A stretch of 64,000 bases of DNA. It comes from a virus. Below, in pieces: positions 8,996 through 19,270 of this stretch. Under the pieces are notes generated by a model, which saw only the letters and a program-made list of their open reading frames with translations, did no database searches and was not told the DNA's origin. A program made the position numbers and the translations under genes. Every line of letters begins with the position of its first letter. Position 1 is the first letter of the stretch. Location: IMG/VR virus record IMGVR_UViG_3300029908_000017, positions 1 to 64,000 of that record; one strand, 5' to 3'.

Positions 8996-9733
8996 ATGAA
9001 GCCTTTTACACCTTTACACTTAATTTCTACTATTTGTCTTTCGTTATTTTTAATGTCATGTTCAGCATCATTTATTGAAAAACAATCGGAAACAGCCGAT
9101 CAAGGTATTTATGCAATTCCTGCGGCTATTGACGCAGGACGAATTGATCAAGCAGATACTATTTCTAACGATTTAAAGACGCTTTATCCTACCCCCAAAA
9201 ATCCTTTGAACATTAAACCAATCGTTGATCCCTTAACAGGAATAAATGATATAATCTTACCTTCGAGGTTGATTGGTAAAGTCATTGTTATAGGATCTCC
9301 TGCTTATAAGGATTTAATAAAAAATAAAACAATCAACGATCAATTAGTCATAGAAAATAAAAATTTAACGGACTATAAGACAGAAGCAGAAAAACAAAAA
9401 ATTGCTGATCAACAAGCATTGAACCAATTGTTAATCGCTTATAATAAAGACGAAGATTCTTTAAAAGAATGGAAAGCCTCAATTTTTTATAAAGCTTATG
9501 AACTTTACCAGTTTATAGGAGTATTATTGACATCTTTATGGGTGGTAATTCCACTGGGTATTGTTGGTGCAATTGTACTTTGTGTATTTTGTCCTGCGGT
9601 AGCTCCAGTTATACTTTCTGCAGCAGGTACAGTCGTAGGTTTTATAATTCGTGTTGCATTAAATCTAATCAATAGTATATTTTCAATATCGACCAAGTTA
9701 TTAACCCCAACAACCCCCACAACTAAAAGCTAA
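8996..9733 (+). CDS. Putative unimolecular spanin (N-terminal lipoprotein, C-terminal TM helices)
   Basis: Lipobox LMS-C, coiled-coil middle, long hydrophobic C-terminal region; in lysis cassette. Confidence 0.55.
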   Translation: MKPFTPLHLISTICLSLFLMSCSASFIEKQSETADQGIYAIPAAIDAGRIDQADTISNDLKTLYPTPKNPLNIKPIVDPLTGINDIILPSRLIGKVIVIGSPAYKDLIKNKTINDQLVIENKNLTDYKTEAEKQKIADQQALNQLLIAYNKDEDSLKEWKASIFYKAYELYQFIGVLLTSLWVVIPLGIVGAIVLCVFCPAVAPVILSAAGTVVGFIIRVALNLINSIFSISTKLLTPTTPTTKS

Positions 9734-9734
9734 T

Positions 9735-10133
9735 ATGTCTACATCCTCAACCTTTATTGAAGCAATCAAAACACAACTGTCAAAAATTAAAACTACAGTT
9801 GAAGCAGACTTGAAGCCAATCGCTTCGCACATTGAAACAGCCGTAGAAAATGAAATCAAGGTAATTGAAAAAGATATTATCTATGATGCAGATAAAGCTA
9901 TCCTTAACGTGGAATCGGAAATCACTAAATTGAAGTCCCTGGCTACTGCAAAGTTAGAGGCTCTTGTAAAAAATAATGCCACAATCACATCACTTCAGGC
10001 ACTAGGGGCTACTCTCGAAGCAGACGCTAAGAAAGCGGCTGATTTTGCAGAAAAATTGCTGAATGTTACTACTGCCGTAAAACCCGTTACAACAACTCCG
10101 GTTGTTTCATCTATAACTACCCCAACTACGTAA
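9735..10133 (+). CDS. Coiled-coil protein in lysis cassette
   Basis: A/E/K-rich heptads; 1-nt gaps to neighbours. Confidence 0.6.
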   Translation: MSTSSTFIEAIKTQLSKIKTTVEADLKPIASHIETAVENEIKVIEKDIIYDADKAILNVESEITKLKSLATAKLEALVKNNATITSLQALGATLEADAKKAADFAEKLLNVTTAVKPVTTTPVVSSITTPTT

Positions 10134-10134
10134 T

Positions 10135-10470
10135 ATGCTTAAATCGTTGTTGCAACACATTGCTAATTACCGCCATTATTACCTATGGCCGGTAATTGGT
10201 GTGTTTGTTGTTCTAGGCTCATTTAAAAATGCATCATGGTTAAATCATGGTAAACCTATTTTAGATGATCCTAACGCCATTGCTGCGTATGGTATTCAAT
10301 CCTGGCCTGTGCTACTTGCGTTATTCTGGACAGCTGTTTATTCGGCTTTTTTGAATAATTCACTTACACAAGACCAGTATGCTAAGATTACTCCATTAGG
10401 CCAGTTTGTAGATAATCTACCAGAAATAGTTATTTTTTTAGCAATTCTGGCTCACTACCATTTTCAATAA
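10135..10470 (+). CDS. Putative holin (3 TM segments)
   Basis: 111 aa with three hydrophobic stretches, translationally coupled to the endolysin. Confidence 0.55.
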   Translation: MLKSLLQHIANYRHYYLWPVIGVFVVLGSFKNASWLNHGKPILDDPNAIAAYGIQSWPVLLALFWTAVYSAFLNNSLTQDQYAKITPLGQFVDNLPEIVIFLAILAHYHFQ

Positions 10471-11282
10471 TGCAAAAAGATATTTATAAAATAATCACGG
10501 TTACTTTGGCTGTGTTATTTTTAGTATCTTGTGATAGCACAAAAGATAATCAACCCACTACATCGGTTATACAAGAAGTAACAAATGTAGTAGCTTCAAA
10601 AATAAATCCACCACCGGTAGAGTCACCATCGTTTCAAATGTCTCAGATAGCGGAAGACATGGTGACTGACGCAGAAGTATCTGCTACATCAAAAGATGGT
10701 ATCGATGGTGGTCATGCTTACTACGATAAGCATTATCAAACAGCTACTTTTGCAGGTGATGGAAGTGGGGCCACTATCGCGATAGGAGTAGATCTTGGGC
10801 AGAACACCGCAGAATGGACAACAACTTCTTGGACACCATATTTTGATAACACCATTGTTAAACAGCTAGCTGCTTGTTCAGGAGATACAACTTCTTCATT
10901 AGCTAAACGTGATGTGACCAATCTACAGAATATTATTATTGTTTGGAATACTGCTTTAAATGAATTCAACACTCAAGAAGTACCTAATTATTATGCTACC
11001 GCTCTTCGAGTATTTCCAGGTTTGAGTGATTTGAGTATTAACGCGCAATCAGGCGTCCTTGCTACAGCCTACAATAGAGGGTTTAGTATGGTTGGGGCCT
11101 CCAGAGTAGATATGCGTAACCTACGAACAGCTGTGGCCAATAAAGATTATCAAGGAATGGCTAACGCTTGCTTACATATGAAGATAACCATGCGTGATTC
11201 ATGGAATAATGCAGGTATTTATGAAGGATTGGCTGCTAGGTATGATGCTACGGCCAAATTGATTTTGACACCTGATAACTAA
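10470..11282 (+). CDS. Endolysin, pesticin/lysozyme-like muramidase with lipoprotein signal
   Basis: SGATIAIGVDLGQ and YNRG motifs; N-terminal LVS-C lipobox. Confidence 0.75.
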   Translation: MQKDIYKIITVTLAVLFLVSCDSTKDNQPTTSVIQEVTNVVASKINPPPVESPSFQMSQIAEDMVTDAEVSATSKDGIDGGHAYYDKHYQTATFAGDGSGATIAIGVDLGQNTAEWTTTSWTPYFDNTIVKQLAACSGDTTSSLAKRDVTNLQNIIIVWNTALNEFNTQEVPNYYATALRVFPGLSDLSINAQSGVLATAYNRGFSMVGASRVDMRNLRTAVANKDYQGMANACLHMKITMRDSWNNAGIYEGLAARYDATAKLILTPDN

Positions 11283-11317
11283 AAAAATCCAACCCCCGAA
11301 GGAATTGGATTTTTTTT
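11281..11317. terminator. Bidirectional intrinsic terminator
   Basis: aaaaaaatccaa...ttggattttttt between convergent genes. Confidence 0.8.
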
Positions 11318-11320
11318 AAA

Positions 11321-11662
11321 TTACGCTACAACCTTTTCCTGCTCTTGACGTAGAATTTGACTCTTTTCTCGTTTGATTCTACGTTCAAGAATAGTATTCT
11401 CTGCTTCTGCTAACTCTTGAGACAAATCACTGATGCGTTGTTGCTCTTCTTCCGTGGCCTCATACTTCAAATCCAACTCGTTGATACCTGTGACGACAGG
11501 TTTCTCAACTGGTTGGAAAAGCGGAATAATCGCACCCACCACAAGTATTCCATTCAACGCAATTGAAATTCCAACTGTCAATGGCATTAAGGCAGGATAA
11601 CCTAATGAAGTTATTCCTAGAATTAATGACACTACCGCTAGCACAATAATATTCGTTCGCAT
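11321..11662 (-). CDS. Membrane protein (2 TM + coiled coil)
   Basis: Hydrophobic N-terminal half. Confidence 0.7.
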   Translation of the reverse strand: MRTNIIVLAVVSLILGITSLGYPALMPLTVGISIALNGILVVGAIIPLFQPVEKPVVTGINELDLKYEATEEEQQRISDLSQELAEAENTILERRIKREKSQILRQEQEKVVA

Positions 11663-11663
11663 A

Positions 11664-12386
11664 TCATTTCGGATGACCCAACATTACAAACCGATCTTCG
11701 TCATTGAATATCGTTTGACTATTCTTATTCAACCCAGTATCCCAGCTGTTGATTATACCATTCTCTCCTTCTTCATAGAGATTAACGTTGAAGGTTACGC
11801 AATGATACTTTCTTAAGCTGTCGGTTGAAAGTACTTCAAACTGTAAATCGTTATTCTTATCATGATAAACATATTTCATCTCCTTTAAAGGATTAAAAGG
11901 ATGAATTGCCTTACAATAATAGTTATATTCGATTTTTCCTTCTTCGTTACGTTCTTTAACTACATCGATATGCCCGTCCAGACTGGCTTCGACAGGGATA
12001 TCACGTAGGCGCAGATAAGCTACACGGATTTCATAATCAATTGGAAGGATACCCCTAATCAATTGTGAATTATTTGGGCTTTCTGTAACTGGTTCAACAA
12101 ACCATTGCGTGATACTACCAATCATTTCTTCAACAGCTTCCAATGAATCCACTCGTTGTTTGAACGGACCTTGAACAGGTCGAATAACTCTAACGTGTGC
12201 TCTACGTTTTTGGGAAGCAGGTAAAGAAAGATTTGTTTTCTTCTTTAGCTGCTCCTCTTCTGACAGTGTATTGATAAAGGCAATCGTGTCTTTCCAATAC
12301 GACAACATATTCTCCGTAGTAATGATGTCCTGTTTATATTCTACCAATATTTGTTCTGATGTTTGGGGAGCTTCTTGAGTTAACAT
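11664..12386 (-). CDS. Hypothetical protein
   Basis: 240-aa ORF downstream of C-box promoter copy 3. Confidence 0.75.
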   Translation of the reverse strand: MLTQEAPQTSEQILVEYKQDIITTENMLSYWKDTIAFINTLSEEEQLKKKTNLSLPASQKRRAHVRVIRPVQGPFKQRVDSLEAVEEMIGSITQWFVEPVTESPNNSQLIRGILPIDYEIRVAYLRLRDIPVEASLDGHIDVVKERNEEGKIEYNYYCKAIHPFNPLKEMKYVYHDKNNDLQFEVLSTDSLRKYHCVTFNVNLYEEGENGIINSWDTGLNKNSQTIFNDEDRFVMLGHPK

Positions 12387-12454
12387 GTTTAATTAATAAA
12401 GGTTACTGACATTGTGTGGTTGAATACTATATGTAACGGAACATCCGTTATTTT

Positions 12455-12491
12455 ACTATACCAGAATATATCAAATTATATGGGAGGGGGT
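12455..12491 (-). promoter_or_regulatory. C-box/extended -10 promoter copy 3
   Basis: ACCCCC-N23-GGTATAGT followed by the taacgga/tccgtta hairpin. Confidence 0.75.
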
Positions 12492-12493
12492 AC

Positions 12494-12925
12494 CTATACT
12501 GAAAGATATTCTTCCAATTTGATAAACATAAATAGACTAGATTCCAAGTTCAAATAAATACCTGACCAGTAGATATTTGATAATGACCCAAAATCATCTC
12601 TAGTTGTTTTCTTACCAATCATCCACCAATTACGAATTTTAAAAGCAGTTACACCATTATATTTTTCGTTTGCAGCTGTCCAATTGATAGAATCGAATAA
12701 TGCATGGTTTTGAAATTTAAGCTTATCAAAAAGAATATCAGCAGATTTCAAAACAATATTCGAATGTACGAAAGTGGACTCCCGGTTGGGAGTTGCAAAA
12801 CATATAGGGTAATGTTCTTTCCAACCATTGCCATTTAAATCTTCGATCTTAGCGAGATAATCTTTTTTTGCTTCTCCGGTGATACTTGCGATTCGATAAA
12901 TTAATTCAATCTGCAGTTTTGTCAT
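12494..12925 (-). CDS. Hypothetical protein
   Basis: Last ORF of the long minus-strand block; 12906..13187, 13159..13380 and 13382..13618 are similar coupled small ORFs. Confidence 0.6.
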   Translation of the reverse strand: MTKLQIELIYRIASITGEAKKDYLAKIEDLNGNGWKEHYPICFATPNRESTFVHSNIVLKSADILFDKLKFQNHALFDSINWTAANEKYNGVTAFKIRNWWMIGKKTTRDDFGSLSNIYWSGIYLNLESSLFMFIKLEEYLSV

Positions 12926-13614
12926 TATCGTCGTAAATTATTTTTTCAAATTCTAATACTAGCTTACCTTTATAATCAGGTCTATTTTCTTCCAGTACTT
13001 CATCGATTTCTTCATAGCTACCAACATCATATAAAAGCAATGGCTCATCTTGATAAAACGGGGGAATAAGTGATGATGGGTCTTGTGCGACATCTTCAGC
13101 AGTACAATCTACCAAAACCGCAATTACTTCATTATCTACATTTGTTACAACGGTCATTTTATTTTTTACCCTTCTTGTTTTTCTCAATTTCGTATTCTAC
13201 ATACTCCATCAAACCTTTGGATATTCTATGGATATCCGTCAATGTTATTAATAATTCATTAGCACCAACATCTGGTTGCACATCGATTCTATCAAAAATC
13301 TGCCTTAACGCTGAATACGACGCATCAAAGTTTAAATGTGGATCTTTTATTTCGATTTTCTTTTTCTTTTTATTACCCATATCAATCGCGCATTTCTAAT
13401 ATTTTTTCTACGGCTAAAAGGTTATCCGGAATTTCATGATCGTTGAGTTTTCTAATTTCACCATATAGTTCAAGAGATTCTCTGTCTATCATTTCAGCGA
13501 TCATGTCTATATCCTTATAAAGTTCATAATCGATAATAAACTTTTTTAGTAATAGCCGATCTTCGTGTAACAAATTATTTTGTAATTTTAACCAGGCATA
13601 ATCAGGTTTTTCAT

Positions 13615-14160
13615 TCATAGTGTTTTCGGATTTAAATCCTTATCTCTCATATATTCTGCAATAAATAAGCCATCAGCATCTTTTTTTAGTTTAGCTATTA
13701 AATGAGGGTACTTACGTATACCAATATCCAAACTAGCTTTTTTTAATTCTACACTGCCTTTTATACCTTTAGGTAGAAATCGATTTTGCCATTCTCCACT
13801 ATCAATGAACTCATGACTTAATTTTAGCTGCTCTACGGCTATTAACTGCGCTTCATGGATTCTTGCTCCAATAATCATTGCTTTCTTATGTTGAGGCAAA
13901 TGAGAAGTAAAGGGTCGTTCAATACCTACACGGATATACGAGTGATTTTCATCCGTATATAAACTTGGTATCCAACCTAGCATTAACTCTTTAAATTTTT
14001 TAACATCAAACCTCGAAATATAATTCTTTTTCTTGGTATACGATAGACATTTTTTTATAGGTGTAGAGGATGTATCTGAACGACCGTCATTCCAAATTAT
14101 ACCAACACCTGAACCTTTATTTACACCGTTGTCTAATCCAATGTATATTTTGTTTATCAT
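13615..14160 (-). CDS. RuvC-like Holliday junction resolvase
   Basis: YIGLDNG, IERP, W and DADGLFIA RNase H-fold motifs. Confidence 0.8.
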   Translation of the reverse strand: MINKIYIGLDNGVNKGSGVGIIWNDGRSDTSSTPIKKCLSYTKKKNYISRFDVKKFKELMLGWIPSLYTDENHSYIRVGIERPFTSHLPQHKKAMIIGARIHEAQLIAVEQLKLSHEFIDSGEWQNRFLPKGIKGSVELKKASLDIGIRKYPHLIAKLKKDADGLFIAEYMRDKDLNPKTL

Positions 14161-14671
14161 TGTGATTTGATTTGCATATTTATTTCCTGTATTAATTTGG
14201 TGATTTCTTTATTATTAACTTTTCCGGCTAACTTACTTTCCATTGTAAGGTCACATAAATATTTGGTACGCCAGTGATGTTTATAACTTATCATTTCATA
14301 ACAATATTTTTTTCGAAGCTTATCTTTCTTATTACGTAAATCCAAATATTCAAGCACATGATTTTTATTTTCTTGTAAATATTTAAATTTAGTTGGAAGG
14401 TTATCAGTCATTAATACCTTCAAGTTTCATTGTTATATTGCCAATCAATTGGTCGATCTCATTACTGGATACATAACCGCTCAATAATTTTATATTACGC
14501 ATATCTTGGTAGTAAATTTTTCTATTACGATATCCTGCCCAACTACTTTTACAATAACGCCATACAACAGTATAACAAACAGCTTTCTTACTTTTCCGAT
14601 AAAGTTGACATAATTCTGCTTTAGAATGTTGTAATCTATAAACTTCTTTATTCGGGAGTGATACAAGATTT

Positions 14672-15217
14672 TTAGCTTTTATACATTGAACCATCGAAAG
14701 CTCCATTCAACAAAGCCTGTGCATAACTATCACTTACTTTATTCAATGCGTTAGTAACCCCCAACTTATAGCAAAAAAGATCAGGAGGCAGGCAATAAGA
14801 AGTGTAATAATAGGTTGGTCCGAAATAATCTGTTCGCTGTTCAACCTCGTCATCGTTAATACGTGTGTTATACACTTCCTTAAACTCAGCAAAATCTTGA
14901 TATTCTTCTTTTAGCAATGGGCTGATTGCAATACGGGTATACCCACCTTCTGGTAAAAGCGTAATACATGGATCATGTAAAAACCGAGTACTACTAGGCA
15001 GATAAATAAAATTATTAACATCATCAGACCAATATGTACGATAATGATGAACAGATATTTTATGTCCAATTTCTCTAAGCTTCTTTACACTTAATCCGTT
15101 TTCAGCGATACTGGATATTTTCGGAGTTTTTACTTTATTGATTTTATCAAATTTGAGGTTAACAATTTCGGCAACTACAGGAACACGACGGCTGATTGTA
15201 TTATTACTATTTGTCAT
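14672..15217 (-). CDS. Hypothetical phage protein
   Basis: V-x-H-x-R...GG-x-T...C-x-x-x-D-x-F-x-x-K-x-G pattern; coupled to 14404..14706 and 14157..14423. Confidence 0.6.
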   Translation of the reverse strand: MTNSNNTISRRVPVVAEIVNLKFDKINKVKTPKISSIAENGLSVKKLREIGHKISVHHYRTYWSDDVNNFIYLPSSTRFLHDPCITLLPEGGYTRIAISPLLKEEYQDFAEFKEVYNTRINDDEVEQRTDYFGPTYYYTSYCLPPDLFCYKLGVTNALNKVSDSYAQALLNGAFDGSMYKS

Positions 15218-15396
15218 ATTTTATTCTTTATATCTCCCATGTTTTACACTGGGATTTAATTCGATGAAGATATTTTTTAAATCTTCTTTTTTAATTTTTT
15301 CCAATTCAATAATTAGATTTTCAGGATGACTGCTATAATTCTTTATAGCTTTGTCCATCAATCTTCTGGCTTTTTCGCTTGGCTTATATCTATGAC

Positions 15397-16599
15397 TCAC
15401 AACGTTTTTGGCTCTGAAACTTTTTTCTTTCGTTTCTTTTTATTTTCATTCTCCACTTTTACTACTTCCTCATAAGATGGCAATGGAGGTACATGATAGG
15501 CTTCTCGAATCAATTCCTTGGCTTGTTCACTATTAGCAATAATTGTAGCCATATCTCTTACCAAGTAAGATTGTTCTATATTAATCACTTCTTCTTGTTG
15601 GGAGTTAGGATTAAGGAACTTAGTATTCGGAATATTCCAACGATAATAACCGCCTGCTTTGGTCATTAACTTTTCGTAGTTTTTCCCCAAATCTTCTACA
15701 CAAGATTCAAACCATGTATACCCTCCCTGTACTCTAGAGTCTACTTGAATAAATTGATTATTCCCCTCAATACCTAACTTATTTCGTTTACAAGTAATCT
15801 TATGGCTTGATCCTACTTTTATCTTAACCTTATCATGCTCTGGGTCTACTTCGAGAATATCTCCTGTTCGCGCAAACTTTAATTGGTAAGTAGAGTGGAA
15901 TCTAGGTGCCCTGCCACCAATCATGGCTTCAGGTTTTTCTTCACCAAATCCTCCAAACGAACCAATCTGCTCTCTTAACTGATTAATAGTTAATACAATA
16001 CACTTTTCATGCGATAAAGGATTAGTAATTTTCCGATAAAACTCTGATAATAGTTTTGCGTGATTACCAGGCTTTGTTTCACCAATAATATTTTGATCAG
16101 ACTCATACTCCGTCATCGTTCCTGCAATGGAATCCAGACAAATTAAAACAGGTGTTTCACCCTCCGGAAAAGCCTTTGGCAAATTAAGAATGATACCTTC
16201 AATCGATGTTAAAGCTTCTTCCAAAGTTTGAGGATGACTTAATTTTACTTCATCGATATTTAAGCCCTGCTGAAAAGCATAAACCTTGCTTGCTGCATTC
16301 TCTGTCTCTAACCAAAAAACAAGTCCTCCAGCTTTTTGGAACCGCTTTGCCATGTCATAGAAGAAGCTAGTTTTACCATCAGCTTTATTTCCATAAATAA
16401 GATAGCAACGACCATAAATCAAAAATCGACTAGATAATAGCTTTTCCAACAATGGACAATCCAGTAGCAATCCAGTTGGGTCTAATTCATCTTTTCCGTC
16501 AATAAACTCAGTCTCTGAGTCCTTAAAAGCTTTTTTAAAATCCTTTTGTACTAATGTTAATAGCTTATCAATCTGTTCTTTTTTCTTATCGTCGCTCAT
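15397..16599 (-). CDS. RecA/UvsX-like recombinase
   Basis: Walker A GNKADGKTS, ETE, LDSIA, INQLR, GGRA-x-x-FHS. Confidence 0.9.
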   Translation of the reverse strand: MSDDKKKEQIDKLLTLVQKDFKKAFKDSETEFIDGKDELDPTGLLLDCPLLEKLLSSRFLIYGRCYLIYGNKADGKTSFFYDMAKRFQKAGGLVFWLETENAASKVYAFQQGLNIDEVKLSHPQTLEEALTSIEGIILNLPKAFPEGETPVLICLDSIAGTMTEYESDQNIIGETKPGNHAKLLSEFYRKITNPLSHEKCIVLTINQLREQIGSFGGFGEEKPEAMIGGRAPRFHSTYQLKFARTGDILEVDPEHDKVKIKVGSSHKITCKRNKLGIEGNNQFIQVDSRVQGGYTWFESCVEDLGKNYEKLMTKAGGYYRWNIPNTKFLNPNSQQEEVINIEQSYLVRDMATIIANSEQAKELIREAYHVPPLPSYEEVVKVENENKKKRKKKVSEPKTL

Positions 16600-16600
16600 A

Positions 16601-16768
16601 TTATATTTCCAACGCCCTTTCGTCTTTTAAATATATATCATTTTTATTTGGTTTATCTTTGATAATAATAATTGTTTCTTTTTTCATCTCTCGATTACCA
16701 TATCTTGAATGCTTGCCTTTATGTTGCCGGAAAGGCATTATGGCTTTTTCCTCAATTTCGAATGGCAT
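16601..16768 (-). CDS. 55-aa unannotated protein ending IYLKDERALEI
   Basis: Own translation MPFEIEEKAIMPFRQHKGKHSRYGNREMKKETIIIIKDKPNKNDIYLKDERALEI; stop 1 nt before the recombinase ATG; alternative starts at 16738 and 16687. Confidence 0.7.
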   Translation of the reverse strand: MPFEIEEKAIMPFRQHKGKHSRYGNREMKKETIIIIKDKPNKNDIYLKDERALEI

Positions 16769-16810
16769 TTTCTTCAATTTCGAATTGTTCCTGTAATGTC
16801 ATAATAAATC

Positions 16811-16835
16811 TGTCGAACGGGTTGGACGTTCGACA
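16811..16835 (-). terminator. Hairpin downstream of SSB (terminator or stabiliser)
   Basis: tgtcgaacg-N7-cgttcgaca; weak U tract. Confidence 0.5.
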
Positions 16836-16842
16836 ATCCTAA

Positions 16843-17931
16843 TTATTTCTTAGCTTCTAGAAAAGCACGAAGATCATCCTTATTGACGACCTTTCCACCG
16901 ACAATAACCTCATTGGTTGCTGCTGGTGTTACTGAAATCACCGATGCTACAGGCGCGGGCGGGACAGGAGGATTGAATGCTATTGCTGGGGCTACTGTTG
17001 GAGAAGCCGCAGGAGGTGCAGGAATAGTATAGGCTCCTGTATTTGTTGGTGTGGAGGCAGGTAAAGGCAGGGGTACACTTACAGTAGGCGCAGGAGGTGT
17101 AGGCAATGGATTAGTTGGAAAAGCTGCCACTGTTTTAAATCCTGCATAACCCTCCATACAAATATCGAAAACATTAGCTGGAAACATCTGGCGTAAGTCT
17201 CCAATAATTTCTTCTTTCATCTTTATCACAAATATTTCGTCGAGATTATAAAGATTTTCCGACAATGCGTATTGTTCGGGAATTACATATTTATAAGCAA
17301 TATTTGGAGAAATCTGCCATCCCCCATCCTTACCTACATCTGAATTTAACTTTAGAAATGTTCCAATCGCTGCGTTTACATCATTAAGCAACGGACTTTG
17401 TGACCCATCAGGTTGGGGTTGGTCCATCCATTTCGTTAATTGATCTGCACCTTTGTAAGCAGGTAAGTCCAATACATGGATTACCTCTTTTAAAGGTGCA
17501 GCGGCCTGCAACAACTTTAAAGGAGCTACATTAAAAGCAACTCGTTGTGTTACATGTCCGTAATTTGGATAAATAGTAAACTTTGTTGAATTATTTCCTT
17601 CTCCAGGTTTGACAGGTTTTGCTTGCTCTGGATACCTTGCACGAAACGCTCGTTCAAAATAACTAGCAGGATCGTCATTTAAATTATGTACATAATAATT
17701 TTTCTTCGCCTTGTCCAGACCAAACGCCTTACGAACAGAAAATGACTTGAACCATACTCCTTCTCCATTGCTATCGGCTTTGTAAGCAGGTAAAAATAAC
17801 ACGTACAGTCCTTCACGGTTATTGTCCTTATCAAATACTAGTTGTTTAACATCTGTGCGAATATAATTGAATAACGATGCTTGATCGATATTCGATCCTT
17901 CAAATTTTCGGCTTCCTTGTATAATTGGCAT
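16843..17931 (-). CDS. Probable single-stranded DNA-binding protein with Pro/Ala-rich linker
   Basis: V-x-FLPAY start, aromatic-rich core, next to the recombinase; assignment is largely by context. Confidence 0.55.
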   Translation of the reverse strand: MPIIQGSRKFEGSNIDQASLFNYIRTDVKQLVFDKDNNREGLYVLFLPAYKADSNGEGVWFKSFSVRKAFGLDKAKKNYYVHNLNDDPASYFERAFRARYPEQAKPVKPGEGNNSTKFTIYPNYGHVTQRVAFNVAPLKLLQAAAPLKEVIHVLDLPAYKGADQLTKWMDQPQPDGSQSPLLNDVNAAIGTFLKLNSDVGKDGGWQISPNIAYKYVIPEQYALSENLYNLDEIFVIKMKEEIIGDLRQMFPANVFDICMEGYAGFKTVAAFPTNPLPTPPAPTVSVPLPLPASTPTNTGAYTIPAPPAASPTVAPAIAFNPPVPPAPVASVISVTPAATNEVIVGGKVVNKDDLRAFLEAKK

Positions 17932-17938
17932 ATTTTAT

Positions 17939-18220
17939 TTATTGATTGGCTTCAAAAAGATTCTGAAACCATATATATTTTGGGTTTATTTTTTTACGTA
18001 TGTTTAATGACTCAGCTACTTTAAAATAATTATCGTATTCAATACTTAATTTTTTTAGTGTTTTTAATTTTGGTGATTTTTTAACTTTTTCGAATGAAAC
18101 ACGGTTAATATCCCATTCTTCATAGTGTAAGTCAACCTTTGAGAAAATCTTTTTTAAAGTTTTATCCAACAAAGCTTCTACGGCTCTTACATTATGCTTT
18201 GATAGATTTTTTATGTTCAC
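17939..18220 (-). CDS. Hypothetical protein
   Basis: Coupled to the ThiF gene. Confidence 0.6.
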   Translation of the reverse strand: MNIKNLSKHNVRAVEALLDKTLKKIFSKVDLHYEEWDINRVSFEKVKKSPKLKTLKKLSIEYDNYFKVAESLNIRKKINPKYIWFQNLFEANQ

Positions 18221-18825
18221 AAATGAAAGACCTTTTCCTTCGTAACAAGATTTCCTCTTACGGCCTGTAAAAACACTTGAACCATTGCAGCACCCACAAT
18301 GACAGGCATAGCATGCGAAATATTATTTTGTTTTTCATAATCAAGCAGACAACTTCCTCGTTCTGTTGAATCATCCAAATAAGAATTTCGAATGTCTGCT
18401 GGTACCTTGGAGTTGAAAATCAATCCTAGATTGGAACTACTTCGTCCATCAATCCAAAATAACTCAGGATGACTATCACCATATTCATAAAGTTTTTTAC
18501 GAATTTCCATACCATCGGGACCACTAAGGATTACATCATAATTCTTGAAATCTTTCTTTTCCATGAACCTGTCAATTGCAGTAATGGCGTACTTGTCTTC
18601 CATCACTTTGACTTTCTTTTTACCGAGATCTTCGAATTTATAATTTTGGTGCAATAAATTCTTGTCCGTAACTGACGCTTCATCGAAAACTGTGATTTCA
18701 GTATTCAAATAATCGAATTGCTTGCGATTATAACCAAAGTCATAAAGAAAATGAATGACCCATCCTGAAACACCACCCGCCCCAATAATACCGATTCTTT
18801 TATAATTCAATTTTTCAATGCTCAT
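18217..18825 (-). CDS. ThiF/MoeB/E1-like adenylating enzyme
   Basis: IIGAGGVSG, D-x-x-x-V-x-x-KNL-x-x-Q, GKKKV, D-x-x-x-x-R, WIDGR, and a lone Cys in RGSC. Confidence 0.9.
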   Translation of the reverse strand: MSIEKLNYKRIGIIGAGGVSGWVIHFLYDFGYNRKQFDYLNTEITVFDEASVTDKNLLHQNYKFEDLGKKKVKVMEDKYAITAIDRFMEKKDFKNYDVILSGPDGMEIRKKLYEYGDSHPELFWIDGRSSSNLGLIFNSKVPADIRNSYLDDSTERGSCLLDYEKQNNISHAMPVIVGAAMVQVFLQAVRGNLVTKEKVFHL

Positions 18826-19270
18826 TTTTTCTCCAGATTACTTCACTTTGAATTGTATCGTTGTCTAACCAAGTATATTTAATTATTTCTCCGTACTTAA
18901 TACTCTTAATATAATTGTATTTAAAATTCTGAAATAAATTTGCATAGTCAATTCCAGAATACCTAGCAGAGAATGATGGGTGTGTATGGAATGAACCGAA
19001 TAATTGCCAACCTCTACTAAGAAATGGTCCTACTAATTTGGCGAATTCATTATCATTTGGCTCATATAAAGCGTGTCCAATACTTTGGTTATGAAACTTA
19101 TTAGGAATTCTCACAAAGGCAAACACGTCGTCATCGTCAACTTTACCTTTAACGAGTAGTCCACCTGCTTCGTATTCCAAATCATTAAAGTCCGTTAAAT
19201 TAATAATTGTTGTGTCAGGGCTGTCCCACACGTCCATAACATGAGGTAATTTGTTAAATTGTGAGATCAT
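18815..19270 (-). CDS. JAB/MPN+ metallo-isopeptidase
   Basis: EAGGLL plus complete H-x-H-x7-S-x2-D (HTHPSFSARYSGID). Confidence 0.9.
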   Translation of the reverse strand: MISQFNKLPHVMDVWDSPDTTIINLTDFNDLEYEAGGLLVKGKVDDDDVFAFVRIPNKFHNQSIGHALYEPNDNEFAKLVGPFLSRGWQLFGSFHTHPSFSARYSGIDYANLFQNFKYNYIKSIKYGEIIKYTWLDNDTIQSEVIWRKNEH

